Shown piece after piece: positions 58,147-64,000 of a stretch of DNA of 64,000 nt. This DNA comes from an uncultured virus (IMG/VR IMGVR_UViG_3300042328_000542) (Duplodnaviria > Heunggongvirae > Uroviricota > Caudoviricetes), in IMG/VR virus record IMGVR_UViG_3300042328_000542; one strand, given 5' to 3'. Below the pieces are notes generated by a model. The model did no database searches. It saw nothing but the letters and a program-made list of their open reading frames with translations, and had not been told where the DNA came from. The translations under genes were made by a program, and so were the position numbers. Within the stretch, counting starts at the first letter, position 1. The number at the start of each line of letters is the position of its first letter.

Positions 58147-58743
58147 TCACCGAGTAATATTAACAATACTATTTTTAAGTATTGTTTTACATTTACTCTT
58201 ATCATACTCAATAAACGGCTTGTATTTAATCAATTTAGATTTAACACGCGGCCATATGAAATCATCTTTAATATCTTGTTCCCATTTGGGAATAAAATTT
58301 AAAAACTCATTCATAATTATAACAGTTTCTAAAGAAACTTCATTTCTAAGCATTTTCGTTAATAATAACGGAAAATCATTAGAACTAGATTTAAATATCT
58401 GTTTGTGATCACTTTCACTAAAGATATTTAATAAATCATTTTCAAATATATAAGATATAGACTGAATCTTTTTATTATATTTAACATACAATTCGTAAGA
58501 TTCTTGAGATAGTAAATCTTGAACCCACACATTTTCATTTTGAATGAAATTAGCAATTAAAAAATTTAATAAATTATTGCCAGAATACTTCTTATGTATC
58601 TTCTCATAAACAAATTTATGTTTATTTTTTTCATATTGAGCTACCGAATAATTGATTCTACCATTATACTTAGAATAATCATAATCAGTAGTAAAATGTA
58701 ATTTTAATGCTCTGTATAAACAACATACATTGTATCCAGACAT
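58147..58743 (-). CDS. 59: Helicase loader gp59
   Basis: Y.ALKLHFT..YD..KY.G, FL.ANF, SLET.II, KY.PF; lies between 32 and 33. Confidence 0.88.
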   Translation of the reverse strand: MSGYNVCCLYRALKLHFTTDYDYSKYNGRINYSVAQYEKNKHKFVYEKIHKKYSGNNLLNFLIANFIQNENVWVQDLLSQESYELYVKYNKKIQSISYIFENDLLNIFSESDHKQIFKSSSNDFPLLLTKMLRNEVSLETVIIMNEFLNFIPKWEQDIKDDFIWPRVKSKLIKYKPFIEYDKSKCKTILKNSIVNITR

Positions 58744-58779
58744 AATATCACCATAAACAAAATCTAATACTATACCAAA

Positions 58780-59004
58780 TTAAAATGTCAAGCGAGGATT
58801 TGCCTTAACTAACCTAAGAGCAATCGCTTCTTCTTCCATTTTAGATTTTAAAGCTGGAGAAATTAGAGATATGATTGAATCAATATCTAATTCTTGCTCA
58901 TCACAATAAGAAACTATTGCATCTATATACTCAATTTTACCAGAATTAACTTTATCAAAAATAACATTAGAAAATTCATACATCGCATCAAAATTATCCA
59001 TCAC
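58780..59004 (-). CDS. 33: Late transcription coactivator gp33
   Basis: YIDAIV.YC.E..LD......LIS..LK.K...EA..L.L. Confidence 0.88.
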   Translation of the reverse strand: MMDNFDAMYEFSNVIFDKVNSGKIEYIDAIVSYCDEQELDIDSIISLISPALKSKMEEEAIALRLVKANPRLTF

Positions 59005-59498
59005 ACACTCTTTCTATAATAAAAATTACTATGACCCAATCTAGCAACGAATTTAAAATCTTTACCAAACCCTCGCTTACTGTATATACTTCTAAAGAAA
59101 AGTACATTATCATTAAAGTTGGGTAGTGATACTCTACGAGTTAAAATATCTTCAGATAATATTAAACTATCGTTCCATGGACCCACCTCAATTTTCTTAG
59201 ATCTACTACAGACCCAAGAAAATTGACATAGTTTTTTGCCATTGTTATACTCTACTTGATTTACAACACCGCAAATGGTTTTTGGATATTTCTGATGATT
59301 TTTTCTATTTAAGACTACTTTAGCTACAGCTCGTTTACCGATCTCGGGTTCACCTTTTGCTTCATGATATATTGCTTTAGCTAAACATATTTTTTCAGAT
59401 TGATTCGTTTGGGTATTTTTAGCGAAAGTTACTGTTGGAATTAACAGTAAAATTAAAAGAATAATAAATCTTTTCGCTCTGTTGACGTTCGAATACAT
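59001..59498 (-). CDS. SleB-like (Hydrolase_2) cell wall hydrolase with N-terminal signal peptide
   Basis: CLA.AIYHEA.GE...G..AVA.VVLNR, YP.TICGVV.Q, CQFSW, hydrophobic KRFIILLILLLIPTVTFA. Start at 59498 after an AGGAG SD. Confidence 0.88.
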   Translation of the reverse strand: MYSNVNRAKRFIILLILLLIPTVTFAKNTQTNQSEKICLAKAIYHEAKGEPEIGKRAVAKVVLNRKNHQKYPKTICGVVNQVEYNNGKKLCQFSWVCSRSKKIEVGPWNDSLILSEDILTRRVSLPNFNDNVLFFRSIYSKRGFGKDFKFVARLGHSNFYYRKSV

Positions 59499-59617
59499 CT
59501 TTCTTCTCCTGTTAGGACTCATACAACATGATTGAGTCGGTTCATTTGAAAGTAGGACTTTTTCTTAGGTTTTAAGAAGCTACTATCTTTTCAAAAATTA
59601 ATACTAAACAAGTATTT

Positions 59618-59646
59618 AGTATACTACAAAAACACACTTTTGTCAA
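59618..59646 (-). promoter_or_regulatory. Sigma70-type promoter for the hydrolase operon
   Basis: TTGACA-17 nt-TATACT. Confidence 0.75.
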
Positions 59647-59655
59647 GATTTAATA

Positions 59656-59994
59656 TTAGTTGGATAAGTATTTTACACCTAAATGCCAAATACCAACAAA
59701 GAAATCGTGTAATTTATTATCTTTTACAGAATTCTTAAAATTAGTATATTGGATATTATCCACCTCACGTAATACAAATAATTGTAATTCTTGTTGTGTT
59801 AAATACACTCGATACTCATAATCAGAATATGGATATTCAAATATAAGTTTTTCATTACCAAATGCTTGAATGAGATGAGATTTTTGTCTAGCTCGAACTG
59901 CAAAAATCTCATCTAGTTTATTATCACCACTATCAGCATATCTAGGATCAACTTTAACAACACTAAAAAATCCATAATTTAAACATAACCACAT
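59656..59994 (-). CDS. Conserved phage hypothetical protein
   Basis: MW.....GFFSVV...VRAR...DY.YR...I.Y.NFK pattern; AGGAG SD and its own promoter. Confidence 0.7.
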   Translation of the reverse strand: MWLCLNYGFFSVVKVDPRYADSGDNKLDEIFAVRARQKSHLIQAFGNEKLIFEYPYSDYEYRVYLTQQELQLFVLREVDNIQYTNFKNSVKDNKLHDFFVGIWHLGVKYLSN

Positions 59995-60023
59995 AACATT
60001 AACTCCTAATAGATTGAGAGTTA

Positions 60024-60052
60024 ATTATACACTAATCATCGCGTTGCGTCAA
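60024..60052 (-). promoter_or_regulatory. Sigma70-type promoter
   Basis: AAAAATGC-TTGACG-17 nt-TATAAT. Confidence 0.7.
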
Positions 60053-60755
60053 GCATTTTTTTATGTCGTTCTAAAAAATTCTTATGTAAGTCTTCCCAAT
60101 TATCCAATCCAGAAGTTCTGAATGTGTGATGAACTGCATCTAAATCTAAATTTTTTAGTGTATTATGAACGTGTTTAACAACATGTGGGTTAGACATTGC
60201 TGCGTTGATAAATTTAGCACCTTCAGACATAGAGGGATCTCTTAACGAATCTTTCTCTCCAATATCAGTACCATATTCTTTATGTCCACCTTGCGCTCTA
60301 AAATTAAATGACCCACCTTGATCAGTTGATACTAAATGTCCATGTTTTTTATCTAAAGATACATTACCCTCACCGTAATCTATACCTGAACCCAAAGCAT
60401 CCCAATTTTTAGTAAGAACGCCAGCAGCATAAATTTTACCTAATTGAATATGATGATCATCAGTTAAATGTGGTAAATGTTTTGATGTGATAGGTTCAAG
60501 ATTATGATTAAACTTAGATGAAACTGAAGGTTTATCTCCATTAACATTTACCAATTTTGGATTTAATGTATTAATACCCATTAGTCCATGAAGTTTAGCA
60601 GATAATACTTCAGTCTTAGCTTGATCAGGATTGATAGGATGTTTAATATAATGATGCGATTCATCATCTGAATCTTTGTAAACGCCACCTGGATTACTAC
60701 CTCTAGAACCAGATATTTTAACTAACTCTTCAGTTAATTGTTTAAATGTTTTCAT
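60036..60755 (-). CDS. HipA/PI3-4-kinase-like kinase with internal-protein capsid-targeting N-terminus
   Basis: MKTFKQLTEE; G-loop GSRGSNPGG, YIK, EVLSAKL, NWD...GN, TDQGGSF.FRAQG. Confidence 0.7.
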   Translation of the reverse strand: MKTFKQLTEELVKISGSRGSNPGGVYKDSDDESHHYIKHPINPDQAKTEVLSAKLHGLMGINTLNPKLVNVNGDKPSVSSKFNHNLEPITSKHLPHLTDDHHIQLGKIYAAGVLTKNWDALGSGIDYGEGNVSLDKKHGHLVSTDQGGSFNFRAQGGHKEYGTDIGEKDSLRDPSMSEGAKFINAAMSNPHVVKHVHNTLKNLDLDAVHHTFRTSGLDNWEDLHKNFLERHKKMLDATR

Positions 60756-61606
60756 GTTTTAATAATCTCCGATTTTGGAATTCTACGAACATGGTGTACA
60801 GCATAAGTTAAATCGTCATCTTTATCATAATATTTTGTAGTACCCACATGCTCATAATGTTCATCTCTAGGCATCAATGTTTCTTGTTCAGAGGGAAATA
60901 CACTATGTGAACCAATAGCTGCAATTTTTTGACCAGGTTTAGTTTCAATATGTAAAATGTGTGCATGTGGTTCACCCGCTGACCGCGCATCTACGGCAAA
61001 TCTTCTAGCAACACGAGTATTATGTGTACTCGAAATATATGTTGGTGATTGGAATACAGGATTTCCTGCAGCACTTTTACCAGCCTGGACAACATTTGCA
61101 GGATTAAATCCTATACCAGAGTAGGTATGTAAAGTTGTTTTTGATGGTGTAAACGATGAATCTAAACCTTCAACATCATGTTGACCAATCGTTTTAGGTA
61201 CAGGTGTACCATTCTCTTTAGCAGTCAACAATCCTTTATTTAAATCTCTACTATAATTTGTATATTTGAGTAAATGTCTCTTGGCAGAATCTGTTAATGG
61301 ATGGAGTTCATGCAAATGATCCATTTTAGTGTCATGAGTTTCTCCATTAAGATGTTCGCGATTTAGATTACTATTCAAAAACTCTGATATTGGTTTATGT
61401 TCAATATCTTCGGTTATATCGGATTTAGCATGTGAACCATGCGAGTTAAATGCATACTGGGGTTTAAGTTGATCTTTAGAAGCTATATCGGGTTTAGCTT
61501 TAGCGTGTGAACCATGTGAATTAAACGCATACTGTGGTTTAACATTACTTGTAGTGTCATTACTGGATGTAACAGGATTTTTAATAAATTGTTTAAATGT
61601 TTTCAT
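60752..61606 (-). CDS. ADP-ribosyltransferase (VIP2/Alt/Mod-like), paralog 1, with capsid-targeting N-terminus
   Basis: MKTFKQFI; Y...S..LN..L helix, HTYSG, YISST (STS-like), ILHI, EQE.LMPR. Confidence 0.78.
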   Translation of the reverse strand: MKTFKQFIKNPVTSSNDTTSNVKPQYAFNSHGSHAKAKPDIASKDQLKPQYAFNSHGSHAKSDITEDIEHKPISEFLNSNLNREHLNGETHDTKMDHLHELHPLTDSAKRHLLKYTNYSRDLNKGLLTAKENGTPVPKTIGQHDVEGLDSSFTPSKTTLHTYSGIGFNPANVVQAGKSAAGNPVFQSPTYISSTHNTRVARRFAVDARSAGEPHAHILHIETKPGQKIAAIGSHSVFPSEQETLMPRDEHYEHVGTTKYYDKDDDLTYAVHHVRRIPKSEIIKT

Positions 61607-62424
61607 TTTTTGATAACTTGTGAAGGTGAAATACGTCTAACATGATGTACTATATATGGAGTAGTGCTGTTACCCATGTGCGTAGTTGAACCTATATATT
61701 CATAGTGTTCATCTCTAGGCATAGTAGTTTCTTGTTCATGTGAATATTTACTATGATCTCCAATCACACCAATACGTTGACCAGGTTCAGTTCTAATATG
61801 TAATATATGATAAGCATTTTCGCCATGATATGGTTTATTATCTTCAGCAAAACTAGATGCTGTTCCTTTATTATGTGATGTTGACAAATATGTAGGAGAT
61901 TTAAACACTGGATTTCCAGATTCACTTTTTCCAATCATATCCAACTTACTAGGATTAAATCCTATACCAGAATACGTATGCAAAGTAGTTTTTGATGGTG
62001 TAAACGATGAATCTAAACCTTCAACATCATGTCCACGAATAGATTTTGGAGGAAGAGTATTTGTATTATGTGCTCTTATTAAAGTTGCATTTAACCCAGA
62101 ACTGCCCGAACTATAAGTTTGTAGATGCGACTTTGAATGTTCATCTAATGGATGCAATTCATGCAGCTTATCCATTATAGAATCATTGTTATCGCCAAGA
62201 TGTTCATTCTCATTAGAATTCCAGAAATCGGATTTATCAGATTCTGTAATTTCAACAACATATGGATTATGTTTAGCATGAGTTCCATGTGCATTAAATG
62301 CAACTTTTGGTGATTTAGATTGCATTCGACTTGAATCTAAATCGTGTTTAGCATGAGTTCCATGTGCGTTAAATGCAACCTTTGGCGGCTGAACATCTCT
62401 GACATATTCTTTAAATCTTTTCAT
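61603..62424 (-). CDS. ADP-ribosyltransferase (VIP2/Alt/Mod-like), paralog 2, with capsid-targeting N-terminus
   Basis: MKRFKEYV; Y..GS..LN..L, HTYSG, YLSTS, ILHI, EQET.MPR. Confidence 0.78.
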   Translation of the reverse strand: MKRFKEYVRDVQPPKVAFNAHGTHAKHDLDSSRMQSKSPKVAFNAHGTHAKHNPYVVEITESDKSDFWNSNENEHLGDNNDSIMDKLHELHPLDEHSKSHLQTYSSGSSGLNATLIRAHNTNTLPPKSIRGHDVEGLDSSFTPSKTTLHTYSGIGFNPSKLDMIGKSESGNPVFKSPTYLSTSHNKGTASSFAEDNKPYHGENAYHILHIRTEPGQRIGVIGDHSKYSHEQETTMPRDEHYEYIGSTTHMGNSTTPYIVHHVRRISPSQVIKK

Positions 62425-62436
62425 TTATAATGTTCC

Positions 62437-63084
62437 TTATAATTGATCGAACGCACGTTTACGTTCAATTAAATCTTTGATATACGGTCTGATTGGTTTA
62501 ACGAAAAATTGGGGTTTATCATTTTCTACAGCTATAATAATCACAACTTGGTGGACTTTAATTCCAGTTATTTCCATATAAGCTAAAGCGTAAAAACATG
62601 TTTGTAGAAAATAATCATGAATATCATCTTCACGTTTTAATCTACGGGAATTCTTAAAATCTATAACAGATAACACACTATCAAACTCAGCAACACAATC
62701 AACACTACCAGCAACTTGTAACTTTTCACTGTATAAACATGCTTCCTGAGCATTGATGTTATTAATCCTATTGAGAATCGGTCTCAAGGAATAAAACATC
62801 TCAAGTGCATCTGGCATTTTAACAGATAACGATTTATTATTCAGATAATCTTCACACATTTTATGTAAATTAGTTCCTCGTCCAGCAGAATTAGCAGTAA
62901 TTTTATCGGCTGCATCATGGCCAATACGATCTCGCCATTCTTTTAGATAAGTTTTATCTGATGTAGAACCCAAGACAGTGGTTATAGATGGAAAGTGTTG
63001 ATGACCTATTTGGTAATAACGCTTTCCATCAATATTCACTCTTGGATAAGTTACAAGTTCAACGGGTACATGATTAAAATTCAT
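62437..63084 (-). CDS. PD-(D/E)xK exonuclease (conserved T4-like, Cas4/lambda-exo superfamily)
   Basis: PSITTVL, L.EWR.RIG, RGT.LH..CE.YL, AG.VDC.AE.D..LSVIDFKNS, YF.Q...YA. Confidence 0.88.
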   Translation of the reverse strand: MNFNHVPVELVTYPRVNIDGKRYYQIGHQHFPSITTVLGSTSDKTYLKEWRDRIGHDAADKITANSAGRGTNLHKMCEDYLNNKSLSVKMPDALEMFYSLRPILNRINNINAQEACLYSEKLQVAGSVDCVAEFDSVLSVIDFKNSRRLKREDDIHDYFLQTCFYALAYMEITGIKVHQVVIIIAVENDKPQFFVKPIRPYIKDLIERKRAFDQL

Positions 63085-63086
63085 TT

Positions 63087-63968
63087 TTATCTATAGTATG
63101 CATTTTGCTGTTTGTCTCTAGAACGCTTTCTTAATTCTGCATAACGTTTAGATACACTATTACTGAATCCATAATCACTAACAACTGGATATTCTTTTCC
63201 TGTTACAGGATGATGGAAAATTCCCATATTTCTAGGTGAAATATCACCTGGATGATTTCCGGTATTTAACATCCAACTATGATAATTATCAACCCATGGA
63301 TGCGACATAATATGTTCGTGGTGATCATCGTCTAGAGTTTTACCTGAATATGTCTGACCATGTGCATCAGAATATTCTTTATTCAGTGCATGATACATGT
63401 CATCAAACGAAATACCTTTAGGATGAGTCTCAGTAACTGTTAAACGTTTAAAATCGCCTTTTTTCATAGGCGTAATTTTATGCATTTCTAACCAGTGATT
63501 ATCTTTATGTGATGAATAAACTGGAGCTAATACACCATGATGTTGTGTTGTATATGCACCTGGAGATTCTTCTTTCAGTACAGAATGCTCATTATTATAA
63601 CCATCAGATTCAACTTCATTTTGATGTTCACCCAATAAAGCTTCCCCTGATGTGCGGTGTTTATCTAACGTACCAGGAAATGCAGTTTTGACTGCAGTGG
63701 GTACTGCAGTTTGACGACCATCTACTGTAACAGGTTTATGTTCACTAGGAAATAATACAGCTCTAGAACTACCTTTTTTAGGTTTACCTTCTTGGATACC
63801 AGTATCAACACCACGTTTAGCAAGATCACGTATTTTTTTAGAAACCGTATTTAATTTACTAGGCGAATGCGGTTGATTATCTAAAATATCTTGAATTTCA
63901 CTATGAACAGCTTCTATTAACTGTTCGGGTATATTATGTTCTAATAAGAACGATTTAAAAGTTTTCAT
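63087..63968 (-). CDS. Protein kinase-like (PKL-fold) enzyme with capsid-targeting N-terminus
   Basis: MKTFKSFLLE; GSSRAV (G-loop), AVK, QNEVE (helix C), WLEM hinge, GDISPRNMG catalytic loop, VSDYG. Confidence 0.72.
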   Translation of the reverse strand: MKTFKSFLLEHNIPEQLIEAVHSEIQDILDNQPHSPSKLNTVSKKIRDLAKRGVDTGIQEGKPKKGSSRAVLFPSEHKPVTVDGRQTAVPTAVKTAFPGTLDKHRTSGEALLGEHQNEVESDGYNNEHSVLKEESPGAYTTQHHGVLAPVYSSHKDNHWLEMHKITPMKKGDFKRLTVTETHPKGISFDDMYHALNKEYSDAHGQTYSGKTLDDDHHEHIMSHPWVDNYHSWMLNTGNHPGDISPRNMGIFHHPVTGKEYPVVSDYGFSNSVSKRYAELRKRSRDKQQNAYYR

Positions 63969-64000
63969 AAGTTTTTCCTGTAAATTATAGTATTTATTAT

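Noticed and set aside
58086..58211. Hydrophobic N-terminal extension on gp32 in the ORF track
   Set aside because: It overlaps gene 59; the real start is MDFSSLK at 58085, after an AGGTG SD.
60752..62424. Possible diversity-generating retroelement TR/VR pair
   Set aside because: The shared tract is identical rather than adenine-specifically varied, both copies are coding, and no reverse transcriptase is in the window.
62437..63084. Cas4-like nuclease as evidence of a CRISPR system or part of the effector set
   Set aside because: It matches the conserved stand-alone T4-like exonuclease and lacks the MKTFK tag.
1..64000. Stop-codon recoding or suppressor tRNAs
   Set aside because: Core genes are full length in the standard code and no CUA/UUA/UCA anticodon was found.

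Overview
AT-rich 64-kb segment of a T4-like (Tevenvirinae/cyanophage-type gene order) myophage, read in the standard genetic code. From left to right it carries: a tRNA cluster (Gln partial, Glu, Asn, Met, Pro, Thr, degenerate Leu, Tyr) interrupted by a Seg-like GIY-YIG endonuclease and a dNMP kinase; a GT-A-fold protein; a Hef-like endonuclease; a peptide deformylase homolog lacking its catalytic residues; gp46/47/55; a non-coding origin-like element; uvsW/uvsY; the head, tail, neck and baseplate module (gp3, 23, 22, 21, 20, 19, 18, 17, 16, 15, 14, 13, repeat-rich tail fiber, DUF4815-like protein, gp8, 7, 6, 25, 5, hub, 53, 48, 4, 2, 54, 26, 51, tape-measure/lysozyme); gp32/59/33; and a SleB-type hydrolase. 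The most striking accessory feature is at the right end. Four His-rich enzymes, two ADP-ribosyltransferase paralogs and two unrelated kinases, all begin with a T4 internal-protein-like capsid-targeting sequence (MK[TR]FK[QES][FLY]). This suggests a head-packaged, injected set of protein-modifying effectors. Other oddities are a tRNA-Asn with a long variable arm and extended acceptor helix, an IHF/ssDNA-hairpin origin candidate, a pseudo-deformylase and an acidic tandem repeat on gp55. All protein calls come from motif recognition and synteny; no database searches were run.
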